Below are positions 46,948 to 57,896 of a DNA stretch of 64,000 nucleotides, piece by piece. The DNA is taken from positions 1-64,000 of the IMG/VR virus record IMGVR_UViG_3300021387_000682, one strand, 5' to 3'. Within the stretch, counting starts at the first letter, position 1. Every line of letters begins with the position of its first letter. The notes beneath the pieces were generated by a model. That model was given only the letters and a program-made list of their open reading frames with translations, had not been told where the DNA came from and ran no database searches. A program made the position numbers and the translations under genes. The stretch is from a virus. Its lineage: Duplodnaviria > Caudoviricetes.

Positions 46948-49875
46948 TTATTTCTTCTTGGATTTACCAATTTTCTTAAACTTGCCTTTCGTATAGTCCC
47001 ATGCTTTCTTTACTCCAGCCTTAGCTTTGTCTGCACCTTTCTTAAGTTTAGCTTTAGTCTCATCAGACATCTTATACGTTGGACCATTGCTGCCGGATGC
47101 GACTCTAGCATTGTATCCGCCTGGACCAGTATTGCTGAACGCTCTATTAAGAGCATCCATATACATCTTACGTTCGCCTTCGTTCATATATCTAGCAGCT
47201 CCAGCAAACTGTGTAAGACCATCTATATATTCCTTACGAGCCTTATAGCCGTCAGACTTTCTAGACTGAGCAAGCTTAGCTCTAAGCTCTGCAGCTTGTG
47301 CAGCGTGGTCTTCACGTCTAGCTCTAGACCTCATATTCATTTCATCAACCTTCATTCGGTTAGTCATATTCTGCTTCTCAATCTCAGTGTTAACTCTATT
47401 AGCTTCCTGTATCTGGGCTGCATCATACTTCTGCTTAGATGCTGCTATATCAGCCTGCTTGCCTGCGAATCCTAATGAAGCTGCTATTGCATTAGCTGCA
47501 TTACTGCCGCCTCCACCTCTAGATGCTGCAGTTTGTACAGCAGCTGCTTGCATCTTTCTAAGGTTTGCGTCATCACTCCATCTATTGTATGAACCAGGAG
47601 TGACCTTACCCATATCATACTTACGTGGGTTTATCTCCTCTACAGGCTCATTAGCTTTAGCCTGGTGATATCTAATATATGCACCCTCTTCATTATCGTA
47701 TTGGTGAGGGTCTTCCCATCCAGCATTCATAAGTTGTTCCCATGTTAAATCTTCAGGGTTCTTCCCTTCGTTACCAGGTGTTTTACCATCACCTTCCTCC
47801 TTTGATTTGCTATTGTCAACTGTAGGCTCAGAAAGACCAACGTCACCCCTTGTAAGCAATTCTCTACCCTTTGCTGCATCATCACCAGTTGGCTTATTAG
47901 GGTCCTCGACTGGGTCATCTGACTCCTCTGGACGAGGAACATTTAGGTTTGGTTTAGGTATATAACCATTCTCATCAAGCTTAATGCTACCTGTATTTGC
48001 TCCATTACTTTGAGATGCTAGAGCAGTATTATCTGCAGGGGTAGATGATGCGCTATTTGGATTAGTCCAGTATTCGTTGAGCTTAGAGATTCTAACATCC
48101 TCAGGCTGTTTCATAAATTCATCTACCGACATGCCGTTATTTCTTGCCGCAGCAGAAGCTGTATTAAAGTAGTGCTGCAATGTCTCAAACTGATTGTATC
48201 CATCGCCACCTGTACCTCCATATCCAGCTGTAGCTCTATCATTACCAGCTAACGCTGCAATTGCAGCAGGGTCTCTACTAATCTTATATCCAAATTCAAC
48301 ATCCTTACCTGTAGTTGGATTCCACATACTACCATTACCATACGCCTCAACGCCTGTATTGACGATATTGGCTCTAGCATCATTAGATATTTTCGAGAAG
48401 TCGCTAGCAAATGTTTTTCTATATTCCGGTGTATCAAAACCAGTTGATACTAATGTACCATCTTCATTGAAGTAATCACTATAAACAGGTTTACCATAAT
48501 CAGCAAACGTTGTGTTTCTACGTTGTGGTGTCATCAGAGCTGGCTGACCTACTGTATATTTATCGTTAAGATTAGATGGGTTGACGCTCTGTATTACATC
48601 AGCTTTTATAGCTTCATCAATCGCCTGTCCTGCGGTCTTAAACTTAGGTAACTTCTTACCTCCGTATTTAAACTTAGCGGCGGACTTAATACCAGCAATC
48701 ATCTTCTGATCTTCCTGTGCTGCATACAGCTTATCAAACGCGCCCGCAGAGGCCCTTAAATTGAGTTCTGCGGTCTTTCTATCTATTGGTGAGGCAGACC
48801 TATCATCCAGGACCTTTCGTGCCTTAGAATTGACTTTTGATAGGTTAGAAGCCATATCAGCAAATGATCTATCACCAACACCTAAGCTATCTGACAATAT
48901 CCTTGTACCATTCTCTAATGATACTGGTATCTGGTCATCCTTACCCCTCTGTGATGAGTTGTGTCCTACTGCCTTCTGTATCTCACCATCAGGATTCATC
49001 ATTACTTCCTTGTGGTCTACCAATGCATTAGGATTGTTTGAATGAGGCTTCTCACCTCCATATTTAAATTTGAACTTGCCTCCGCATTTATAATTCATTC
49101 TGTTATATTCATCTATACCACTAGTCCTAGCCTCAGCATCTGCAGATGCGATAGCTTGGTCATTAATTCTTGTTTTATCTAATATCTGCTTTTTAACTTC
49201 AGCCCTCATAGCATTGCCGTCAAGAACGCCAGCTCCAACACCAACAACAGTTCCGAGTGCGCCACCGATAACACGACCCCAAGGGCCAAATTTAGCTCCC
49301 CACTTTTCTCCCGTTGCGGCATATTGTGGTATTGTTTGCATCATAGCAGCGCCTCTATACTGAGCGCCACTTCCACCTGTTGCTGAGTTTGCCAACCTAT
49401 CTGTACGATATTGACCAGCTTTAGATAACAGTCCAATGCCAGGTGTATTCTCTATGAATGATGTCTCGCCAGATGCATCACCAGCTGCCTTTACAACTGC
49501 CAATTCCTTATTTACATCACTCTGTGCTCCGGCAGCGCCAAATCTACCTCTACCTTCTGTATTAGTTGCGTATTCATTACCAACCAAACTAGATTTAGGA
49601 GCTGCTACGTCAACTCCAGTTGCGTTTTTAGCATTTGACTGAGCGCTATTTTCTTTATTGATTGATGACATGGCGCCTGCTGCAGCATTGATTATGCTGC
49701 CCCATCCGCCGCCACCATTGCCACCGGATGAACCAAACGCACTGGAGAATCCCTCCATATTAAAGTTTCCATTCTTCATAAAGCTACCGAAGTTGCCTAT
49801 GCCGAACTTGAACTTAGGAAGTAGTGGGTCGTTTACCAACCCACCCTTCTTATAATTTCTTAGTCTCTTTTTCAT
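46948..49875 (-). CDS. putative virion cargo protein (975 aa) with Gly-rich membrane-like segment
   Basis: Follows the muzzle gene; glycine-zipper-like WGRVIGGALGTVVGVGAGV; repeated KxGG motifs; Ala/Gln-rich coiled C-terminus. Confidence 0.7.
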   Translation of the reverse strand: MKKRLRNYKKGGLVNDPLLPKFKFGIGNFGSFMKNGNFNMEGFSSAFGSSGGNGGGGWGSIINAAAGAMSSINKENSAQSNAKNATGVDVAAPKSSLVGNEYATNTEGRGRFGAAGAQSDVNKELAVVKAAGDASGETSFIENTPGIGLLSKAGQYRTDRLANSATGGSGAQYRGAAMMQTIPQYAATGEKWGAKFGPWGRVIGGALGTVVGVGAGVLDGNAMRAEVKKQILDKTRINDQAIASADAEARTSGIDEYNRMNYKCGGKFKFKYGGEKPHSNNPNALVDHKEVMMNPDGEIQKAVGHNSSQRGKDDQIPVSLENGTRILSDSLGVGDRSFADMASNLSKVNSKARKVLDDRSASPIDRKTAELNLRASAGAFDKLYAAQEDQKMIAGIKSAAKFKYGGKKLPKFKTAGQAIDEAIKADVIQSVNPSNLNDKYTVGQPALMTPQRRNTTFADYGKPVYSDYFNEDGTLVSTGFDTPEYRKTFASDFSKISNDARANIVNTGVEAYGNGSMWNPTTGKDVEFGYKISRDPAAIAALAGNDRATAGYGGTGGDGYNQFETLQHYFNTASAAARNNGMSVDEFMKQPEDVRISKLNEYWTNPNSASSTPADNTALASQSNGANTGSIKLDENGYIPKPNLNVPRPEESDDPVEDPNKPTGDDAAKGRELLTRGDVGLSEPTVDNSKSKEEGDGKTPGNEGKNPEDLTWEQLMNAGWEDPHQYDNEEGAYIRYHQAKANEPVEEINPRKYDMGKVTPGSYNRWSDDANLRKMQAAAVQTAASRGGGGSNAANAIAASLGFAGKQADIAASKQKYDAAQIQEANRVNTEIEKQNMTNRMKVDEMNMRSRARREDHAAQAAELRAKLAQSRKSDGYKARKEYIDGLTQFAGAARYMNEGERKMYMDALNRAFSNTGPGGYNARVASGSNGPTYKMSDETKAKLKKGADKAKAGVKKAWDYTKGKFKKIGKSKKK

Positions 49876-49877
49876 AT

Positions 49878-52800
49878 TTAGATATAACTACTCCTAAATG
49901 TTGTTATGACAGAAGGTAGCTTAAATTCACCACCGCCATTATTAAATTCAAAGTTCTCTATAAGGTACTTACCTTTCATTCTATTTGGATACATATACTC
50001 ACTATCTGATTTAGCTCTAGGTATCGCAAATCTATAATTATCCTCGCGTCTACCTATGAACTCAACGTTATTAGACACCATAGAAGGTGCCTCAAAATTT
50101 ATAGTTGTAAAGTTTAATCCAGGTTCTCTAAACTCAGCTGAGTATTCAATATTGTCAAATACTTTTGTTACGGTAGGAGACTCATTTGCAACAAACCTAA
50201 GTTTAGCAGCGTCAATACATGTATCAACATTGTGTCTCCTGAGTATAGCTGTCTTATCGAATGAATATAGGTCATTAAACTGTCTTGTATAGAATGTTGG
50301 GTTGTTGGTTACAAACGTAGTTGGAGCTTCAATCAACTCGCTATACACTATCGTACTAGCTGGCTCTTGTACTGCCTTATCAGCTCTATAATACATATCA
50401 TCTCTAGGTATGAAGGTCATAAGGATCTCCTTATACTTAGGGTTATATGCAAATGCAAGCTTTGCATTAAATCCATCGTGATACTTATTCAACCATGATT
50501 GGAACCCCTTCATCTTAGACAGCTGGCCAACTCCTCCCTTGTATATTAATACCTCATGCTTGTTATGGTCGTACCAGTATATTGCGCTATCGCTAGATGC
50601 ATATACGCCTGATGCGTAATTCTTGATACCATAATTGTCTAACACAGATGAGGCTATGCCATTCTCTATCGTTATATATGTTGGTGTCTTAAGCACATCT
50701 CCAGTTCCAAGGAGAAGGTTTGTATTTGTGTCGTCCTGAACTAATTGCTTTTCGTTTACAGATATAGATGCAAACGCCGAATCCTGCCAGAAGTATAAGC
50801 TATTGTTAAATCTATACAATCCAGTTATTGGACCATATCTAGAGTCAACGTCTATCTTATTATCTGCCAAGAAGTCTGTGTAGGCATCGTCCGATTCATT
50901 TATAGTCTTCGTCTTTGAGTATCTTATACGCGTATCAAATGTACCGCTACTTAATTTCTCTACAGATCTAGATACAGTACCAAGTTGTTCTTGGTCAGTA
51001 GGTGGAACATCTATTGAGATTAGCTTATGCATACCATTTACAATGCCGGTTGAAGATCCAGATATAACACCAGAATTTGGAATCTTGCAGTTATAATATG
51101 ATCCATCTCTCCATCCTCTAGGACCTTCAATACTTCTAATTTTGATGTTGTACTGAACTATAGATGTATACACCTCACCGAGTGTATCTATTGCACCAAA
51201 TTCATTTATTCCAGGATCGGTATTGCCACTTACTACGTAATGACTAGCTAACTCATAGTCACCGCTGTATATAAATTTATTATGCATTGCGGTTTTGTCA
51301 CCACTATCACCTCTGAATCTTTGTGTGTGCACCTCCTTGTCAACACCAACTGTTGCTGGTTTGTATCCATACAGTAATGATATATTTACTTGCGTCTCTA
51401 TTGGAATTAATGCTTGCACTTGGGCACTGATGCTCTCCTCTGTAAACACAGATGCAAGCGGTCCTGTTGATGCGTCTTGATAGAACACTTCTTCATTACC
51501 TTCCCCTCCGCTGTATGCGGCAAATGCTATTGCGGCACAATCCTCTCCAGCCTCTCCAGCTTCTGGCACATCTGTTTTGTTGTTATTCATCGCACCAAAC
51601 CTATTCTTAGGATCACTGCCAGCGGCCCTAGTCAAATATGTACTCGTGTAGTCATATACACATATATACTCGTCTCCGCTAAATATAGTTTGTTCTATCC
51701 TCGCAGGATATCTTTCAATACTGCCAAACCTATGTGTCATACTCATAGACGTTCGACACATATCAAACTTATCAGATTCCAATGGAATGAGTGACCCACC
51801 TGCTGGTGCGAATTGTATAGACGATCTCTTTATTTTATTCAGTCCGATTCTATCGAATGGAATCTTTACGTCGACAACAATTGATGATGAGTAATTCATT
51901 ACCTCTGACACACTAAGTGGAACATTTTTGTTTTCCAATAAATCCTCTGCATAACAGCCAGATATAGTTGGAATGAGATTGTCATTATCCGAGTCAAGTG
52001 ACACGTAGACCATATTTCCATGCGATGGACTAGTCCTACCCCTTCTTATGTCAGGATGAGTTTCGTCTCCACCGCAGCAACCGGTTAAAGATAACATATG
52101 CTGTCCATGTGGTCTTCTTTTGTTAAATGCACTATCAACTGTAGTACCTCCATCTAAGAGTGCGCTTATCATTGGTAACACCAACAAGCCAATAATTGGT
52201 ATTCCACCGACAGCGACTTTTATCCAGTTTATTTCGTTTCTAGTAAATAGATCTGATTTGTTAATCTCATACCACAATGTATATGGAGCTATATACATGT
52301 ATGTGAACACACTTGTATTATCTGTTCTTTTAAATGCACCCTCGTGTCCATACAATATCTTAACTCTACTATTTGCAGAGTAGTCTATCCTACCTCTATC
52401 AGTCCTAACCACCGAAGCATAATTATAGTCGCGTATACTTGACTTTATAGAAGATACACCATATTCCATCTCTGTATCTACCTGTTGGTATGTATTGTTA
52501 ACATACTCGTAATCCCTTTTCCTTATCCTGTGCGATTGGTAATAATACCTACCAACGATATTCTGACCCCCAGACATTGTTGCAAGGTGTGCAGAATATG
52601 CAGTTTGCCTCTGGTCTAGTGAGCTAATGAATCCTGCTGTGTAAATGGCATCTACCATTTCTGCGATTGACGAATCTGAGTCAAGCCTACCTAATTTTGG
52701 CAACGTTGACTCACCAACAACATATAGACCATCGCAACATCCGGTTGATATACCGCCAGTAGATAAAAAGGATTTATGTTCGTTAAAAGACGATTGATAT

Positions 52801-55800
52801 GGCGCTGATTTGTAGAAGGCATAGCCAGCAGATTTTAGTGCAGAGTAATTGAAGTCAACAGTTGTATCGCCATAATAATCAGGACTACCATACCAATGTA
52901 ATTTATGTTTGCTGCTACCTTGTATTTCTGTAACGTTGATTGACGCAAATGGTCTAAATGACGACATATTGGTTTTGATTGGTTGGCTAAGTCCGTGCAC
53001 CTCATTATATTGGCTAAAAAGCGCAAGCAGCGGTATAGATGCCATTGCTGCGTTTCTGCCGTATCCTGTATGTACTGGTTGTATATCAGCATACATTGTA
53101 TCACCGTCATTCTGTACAGCACTGAACAACACTGTGTTACCAACTATATATGATCCAGCCAATGGAGCACTCAGTGAATTATTTAGGTTACTCCTCATTT
53201 TATTGGTTTCGTCTACAGCGTAATTATCATCCTCTTTCCTATAGTTACGCATTGCGAAGTCAAACTCTGGTGATATCACACCGAAGTTATTCCTTGACGC
53301 TGGGAATAGACTACCAAAATTTGATCCATTATATTTGACATCATTGTTATCGATGCTAGCATTTCTATATCCAGCAGTATACTTGGAGTACAGCATATCC
53401 CTGCCAGATTCATCGAAAGCCAATGTAATATCAGTTTGTTCTGCACTTGTGCCTTCTCCATCGCTAGGCACCCTAACTCTATATGGAACATTATTTAGCC
53501 TATCATTGAATGACTCTATGAATTTATATTTTCCATTCGTTGACGCTTTCGGCCTTCTTATGTAATTTGGGAAGAAGCACTCTGGATCACCATACGTAGT
53601 AAGAAACCACGTTGGATTTACAGCTGAATCGTGACTATCGTAGTAGTATGCCGCCGATGTATTGTCTTCAATCTCAGTTCTTGTTGGTTCGGAAACGAGT
53701 TCATCGAACGACACTCTTCCATTTGCGTCGTGGAATAATGACTGTAAAACACCTGTTGCTATTACGGTCTTGTTCTCAAATAACTGTCCGTTACCAATTG
53801 GAGATCGTTGAGCTCTAAGTATTTCGAATGAATCAAATACTTGGAATGAAGCAACCTGCTCAATGGCTGCCTTCATTACTTCAATATCAAACTTAAATTT
53901 AATACCAAGTACATTTGCGAATACCATAGATCCATCACCTTCGGTATCGCTGTATCCGCTACCATTACTTTTGTGTATTGTAAAGTACGGTATCACAGAT
54001 GACGATGGAGTTCTTATATCCCCAATCCAGAATGATGCACATCGCTTACCGCCTGATGTTCTAAATGATATTATATATCTATAGACCTCATTCCTCTTGA
54101 GTGACCTAAACTTCTCTATTATAAATGGATTATTGTAGCCTCCGGCGCACCTACATCCACTGTAAAAGTCTGGTTCTATATTGACATTGTATGACTTATT
54201 ACTACCAAACTTAACCATCTTGCCATCTACGCCGACCGGAATATATTCACTGTGTACTAGTATACTATTGTTGCTATCCCAGTCTCCGTCAGATCTTGGA
54301 CTAAACACCTTAGCGTTATCGTGGCTAAGCTCATGCCCACCAACGACCTCCAATCCGTTTTGATTAAATGTCTTATTATCAGATATAGCAACTTCCTTTG
54401 TTACAAACTCGTATGATACTATAGGACCGCAACCGCCAATCCAATACTTACCAGCATTCTCTGGGTCGCTAAATGGATCAATATCATCATCTCGATGGAA
54501 GTTGAATGTCTTGTCAAATCCATAGTTAAAGAACTTGCTATGCTTGTCAAGCTTATCATATATCTCTACGCTAGGTATGTTATCGTATGGAATATAGCAA
54601 TCTGATTCCGAAGAAACTGGAGCTCCATCGCCCTCTCTTCCGACATTTATGTAATCAACAGACACACCTGCGCTGTCATCGATAGACTCAGTGTTTATCA
54701 TTCTCCATGACTCATCCTCTTCGTTATCCCCGCTTTTGAAGCTATTATCCCTAAGGTCAACGTATCCGTACCTATTAAATGGATATGCCCTGAAGTCAAG
54801 CGCCTTCTCCTCTCCATTATCAGAAACACCTAATGTAGAGAAATTTGTCTCAGGTTCTATTATGTTTGCTGCAAAAAGAATGTTGTCCTTCTGCTCAAGG
54901 AATCTTGGCATAAAGATTGTACTCAGGGCGGAGTTTGCATCATATATTGCAGTTATATCTGATATCATTTCAACAACCTCATCACCAAGGTTATCTATTA
55001 TTGCATACGCACCAAGAGAGTTGCCGTTTTCGTCAATCTCGTAATCATCTATTACGTTTGTAAGTTTTATATCATCGACAAACCTCGAGTATTCTACATT
55101 ACCATCACTACCTATCGGCGCTGGTTTATAGATTCTTATAACTCTGATAGAGTCATATTGATCAAGCATTTGCTGAGGTATAAACACCTTTAATCTAATA
55201 CCCGTCTCAGATGATTCTGGTTTGCTCTCCTCATCTTTCTCTGTCTGTGAATCAGCCCATTCTCCAGTGCTAAATCTATCATTGTTAAGGTAGTCACCTG
55301 CACCCTTATATAAAACTATTGGGCCAGTAGGAAGTGCTACCCCTGATTGCGCACCACCAGCGTTTGTCAATACATACGTATATCTATATACACCAGTAGG
55401 CAGGCTGCCACTAGTCAACAGCTCAGAGAGAAACATTGAATTGTATGGAGACATAGGTACAATAGATGTTGCATCCTTAGAGTCGTTCTTAAGGAAATAA
55501 CCCTTGTATGCATCTATGATGTTCATTGTCTGTATCTGGTTGTGACCATCAGCCCAATATATCTTGACGTTGGTATCAGACTCATACATCATTGTAGATG
55601 ATATAGGCTGATGTATACCATACTCTCCAACCCTAACTAATGTACAGAAGAAGTGATCCTTCCATGTCGTACCACTAAACCTATCAAGTGGTATATATCT
55701 GTTATTGATATCATCATCACTAGGATTATCGCTAGTCTCGTTTTCGTATACAACATTGGTTGTTATCTCTTCGTATTCACCAGTCTCATCATTCTTACGT

Positions 55801-56255
55801 AGCAATGTCTTATTGCTATTTCTGTATAGATCACCTAATGCAGTCCTACATGTATCTTCATTGAATACTGGCCTATTCTTTGGATCCTTAGTGAAGTCCA
55901 ACAGATATATTCTATCGATATGTGCATCTGATCCTGATACCTGCTCTCTGGTGAACACAACAGCATACTGCCTACATGAATCAACATGTATTATACGTTC
56001 ATCATTCTTTGATGGAGTATACTTACCATCATCTGTTTTCTTATCTGGATCTACATGGAATATGCGCATATCATATATGGTTTCTACTCCATCGTAGTTA
56101 CATGCTACTCCAGTAGAACCATCATCATTCGTAACTATACGAATGTTTTCTGCATATTGGTACGTACTATTCTTTGCAAGTGAAGGATGAACATCCATAT
56201 TCATACCCTCACTAAACGTATTTATAGAGTACATACCTTCTTTTAAATTTGGCAT
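49878..56255 (-). CDS. tail stabilization/muzzle protein (2125 aa)
   Basis: N-terminal NTFSEGMNMD...YQYAENIRI; C-terminal YGPITGLYRFNNSLYFWQ, TKVFDNIEY and NRMKGKY motifs typical of crAss-like Tstab. Confidence 0.85.
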   Translation of the reverse strand: MPNLKEGMYSINTFSEGMNMDVHPSLAKNSTYQYAENIRIVTNDDGSTGVACNYDGVETIYDMRIFHVDPDKKTDDGKYTPSKNDERIIHVDSCRQYAVVFTREQVSGSDAHIDRIYLLDFTKDPKNRPVFNEDTCRTALGDLYRNSNKTLLRKNDETGEYEEITTNVVYENETSDNPSDDDINNRYIPLDRFSGTTWKDHFFCTLVRVGEYGIHQPISSTMMYESDTNVKIYWADGHNQIQTMNIIDAYKGYFLKNDSKDATSIVPMSPYNSMFLSELLTSGSLPTGVYRYTYVLTNAGGAQSGVALPTGPIVLYKGAGDYLNNDRFSTGEWADSQTEKDEESKPESSETGIRLKVFIPQQMLDQYDSIRVIRIYKPAPIGSDGNVEYSRFVDDIKLTNVIDDYEIDENGNSLGAYAIIDNLGDEVVEMISDITAIYDANSALSTIFMPRFLEQKDNILFAANIIEPETNFSTLGVSDNGEEKALDFRAYPFNRYGYVDLRDNSFKSGDNEEDESWRMINTESIDDSAGVSVDYINVGREGDGAPVSSESDCYIPYDNIPSVEIYDKLDKHSKFFNYGFDKTFNFHRDDDIDPFSDPENAGKYWIGGCGPIVSYEFVTKEVAISDNKTFNQNGLEVVGGHELSHDNAKVFSPRSDGDWDSNNSILVHSEYIPVGVDGKMVKFGSNKSYNVNIEPDFYSGCRCAGGYNNPFIIEKFRSLKRNEVYRYIISFRTSGGKRCASFWIGDIRTPSSSVIPYFTIHKSNGSGYSDTEGDGSMVFANVLGIKFKFDIEVMKAAIEQVASFQVFDSFEILRAQRSPIGNGQLFENKTVIATGVLQSLFHDANGRVSFDELVSEPTRTEIEDNTSAAYYYDSHDSAVNPTWFLTTYGDPECFFPNYIRRPKASTNGKYKFIESFNDRLNNVPYRVRVPSDGEGTSAEQTDITLAFDESGRDMLYSKYTAGYRNASIDNNDVKYNGSNFGSLFPASRNNFGVISPEFDFAMRNYRKEDDNYAVDETNKMRSNLNNSLSAPLAGSYIVGNTVLFSAVQNDGDTMYADIQPVHTGYGRNAAMASIPLLALFSQYNEVHGLSQPIKTNMSSFRPFASINVTEIQGSSKHKLHWYGSPDYYGDTTVDFNYSALKSAGYAFYKSAPYQSSFNEHKSFLSTGGISTGCCDGLYVVGESTLPKLGRLDSDSSIAEMVDAIYTAGFISSLDQRQTAYSAHLATMSGGQNIVGRYYYQSHRIRKRDYEYVNNTYQQVDTEMEYGVSSIKSSIRDYNYASVVRTDRGRIDYSANSRVKILYGHEGAFKRTDNTSVFTYMYIAPYTLWYEINKSDLFTRNEINWIKVAVGGIPIIGLLVLPMISALLDGGTTVDSAFNKRRPHGQHMLSLTGCCGGDETHPDIRRGRTSPSHGNMVYVSLDSDNDNLIPTISGCYAEDLLENKNVPLSVSEVMNYSSSIVVDVKIPFDRIGLNKIKRSSIQFAPAGGSLIPLESDKFDMCRTSMSMTHRFGSIERYPARIEQTIFSGDEYICVYDYTSTYLTRAAGSDPKNRFGAMNNNKTDVPEAGEAGEDCAAIAFAAYSGGEGNEEVFYQDASTGPLASVFTEESISAQVQALIPIETQVNISLLYGYKPATVGVDKEVHTQRFRGDSGDKTAMHNKFIYSGDYELASHYVVSGNTDPGINEFGAIDTLGEVYTSIVQYNIKIRSIEGPRGWRDGSYYNCKIPNSGVISGSSTGIVNGMHKLISIDVPPTDQEQLGTVSRSVEKLSSGTFDTRIRYSKTKTINESDDAYTDFLADNKIDVDSRYGPITGLYRFNNSLYFWQDSAFASISVNEKQLVQDDTNTNLLLGTGDVLKTPTYITIENGIASSVLDNYGIKNYASGVYASSDSAIYWYDHNKHEVLIYKGGVGQLSKMKGFQSWLNKYHDGFNAKLAFAYNPKYKEILMTFIPRDDMYYRADKAVQEPASTIVYSELIEAPTTFVTNNPTFYTRQFNDLYSFDKTAILRRHNVDTCIDAAKLRFVANESPTVTKVFDNIEYSAEFREPGLNFTTINFEAPSMVSNNVEFIGRREDNYRFAIPRAKSDSEYMYPNRMKGKYLIENFEFNNGGGEFKLPSVITTFRSSYI

Positions 56256-56257
56256 AA

Positions 56258-57361
56258 TTATAATCCTTTATGTCTGTAATTGTAGTAAGGCCTATTGGTT
56301 TGATTGTAGATCTCCTGCTCGTCTCCGCTATGTGTAAAGAATGTAAGATTCTCTTCAATCTCTGGAACGAGTCTTTGCCAGTTATTCTGCATTGTCTGCA
56401 ATTCATCTGTATCTGGCATCATGCAATCACCATAAGCCTGCTTTCTGTATATATGCCAGTTATTCTTTATCTCTGCATATAACTGAGCATTCAATGTACC
56501 TCTTAATACCTCTGGGAACTTAAGCTTCATAGCCACATACCAATAGACTGCTTCCTTGTATGAAGCTATATCTGGTATCATTGGGAAACCTTCCTCATCA
56601 ACATTAAATGCTTGATAAGATATAGTAAGGAATCCATATCTTACATTGGTATTGATAAAGCCCTTATTAAGCGTATATACAGGCTTAAAGTTAGTTCTAG
56701 CAGATCTAGCTGTAATAGTATCTGGTGCTATGTTTGTATTAATCATAGACATCAATACTGGCAATACGTGATTAAATCTATGCTTCAGATGAGGCTCGTG
56801 GTGATGGTCGTGATGATGTTCATGGTGTTCGTCTTCATCATGCTCATCGTCTTTCCTGTGTACATGTATATCATGCTCATGATAGTCGTGATGCACATCA
56901 CCATCTGCAAGTCTCATGATTATATCCTTAGCCTCGTTATCTGATATTGGTCTATGCACAGAATACATACCTCTAACGAGATGTATCAGCTGTTGCATTG
57001 CATCACCTCTGTATACCAAAGATGGACCATATTCAGTAAACCTATCAATCCAATATCTATCTGCATCCCAGCAGTCAAATGAACCAGTAGCCTTGGTCAT
57101 TGGCATCAGGTTCCTCTGAGTACCATCAAACGAATAGGCACACTGGACCAAACTGTGAAGATCGTCTGGTATTCTTACCTTATAGTCCACTATAGGGATA
57201 GTTATGACTTTCTTCACAAATTGGTCGAATGCGCCTATTTTCTCTATGGCTTCAGTTATCCATTCCCTTATATCCGTTATTCTATGCAGTTCCTCCTGTA
57301 TATCGAGGTCTGAGTATATCTTAGCTACAACCTCTTTAGCGGATGTAAATTTGTAAACCAT
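56258..57361 (-). CDS. tail tubular/ring protein with a His-rich insertion
   Basis: MVYKFTSAKEVVAKIYSDL..., DEEGFPMIPD..SYKEAVYWYV motifs; immediately upstream of the muzzle gene. Confidence 0.8.
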   Translation of the reverse strand: MVYKFTSAKEVVAKIYSDLDIQEELHRITDIREWITEAIEKIGAFDQFVKKVITIPIVDYKVRIPDDLHSLVQCAYSFDGTQRNLMPMTKATGSFDCWDADRYWIDRFTEYGPSLVYRGDAMQQLIHLVRGMYSVHRPISDNEAKDIIMRLADGDVHHDYHEHDIHVHRKDDEHDEDEHHEHHHDHHHEPHLKHRFNHVLPVLMSMINTNIAPDTITARSARTNFKPVYTLNKGFINTNVRYGFLTISYQAFNVDEEGFPMIPDIASYKEAVYWYVAMKLKFPEVLRGTLNAQLYAEIKNNWHIYRKQAYGDCMMPDTDELQTMQNNWQRLVPEIEENLTFFTHSGDEQEIYNQTNRPYYNYRHKGL

Positions 57362-57362
57362 A

Positions 57363-57896
57363 TTATACTGTTTTAAAATTATTGTAGTAACCGTTGTTGA
57401 TTACCTTTTGCATCTTCCTTTTGAATTGTTTACTAGCGACAAACATATAATCACCAAACATTCCTCGGTCTCTTATCCATCTGAGAGATATCGCATATCC
57501 CCTGGATGCCACAAATGGGTCATCCATATTTGGCCTAGTTCTAAGTATCTTACGCATCATATTAACAGATGCTTTCTTCTTTATGATCCTCAGACCACCT
57601 ATGCCATCTCCAAGGTATACCTGGTTGCCATCCAGTAGTTCCTTCTCTAATATATTATTATATATATATATTATATTATAATAATCTATATAGTCTATAG
57701 ATTTATCTAATCCTACAGATATACAGTAGTATACATAAGATGCAATTATACTGTGATTATGATATAACTGAGAGTTCTCGTATACTGTTTTGTTTCTATA
57801 ATCAAATCCAGCTCTATATACTCTCCTGATTGCTTCCTTTGCAATCTCATAATTTTCACTACTGGTATCAACTATCAAGTCTGCTTCGCTTATCAT
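57363..57896 (-). CDS. IHF-like/tail hub-type protein
   Basis: Position between ring genes; LLDGNQVYLGDGIGGLRIIKK and YMFVASKQFKRKM segments. ATG at 57896 is preferred. Confidence 0.55.
   Translation of the reverse strand: MISEADLIVDTSSENYEIAKEAIRRVYRAGFDYRNKTVYENSQLYHNHSIIASYVYYCISVGLDKSIDYIDYYNIIYIYNNILEKELLDGNQVYLGDGIGGLRIIKKKASVNMMRKILRTRPNMDDPFVASRGYAISLRWIRDRGMFGDYMFVASKQFKRKMQKVINNGYYNNFKTV

Noticed and set aside
17874-56944. Many + strand ORFs (60-300 aa) opposite the giant - strand genes, and - strand ORFs opposite the early genes
   Set aside because: Ser/Leu/Ile/Phe-rich shadow translations fully nested in real genes, with no motifs or initiation signals.
57650-57712. TA-rich microsatellite-like stretch
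   Set aside because: It lies in-frame in a coding region (IDYIDYYNIIYIYNNI); codon-driven low complexity.
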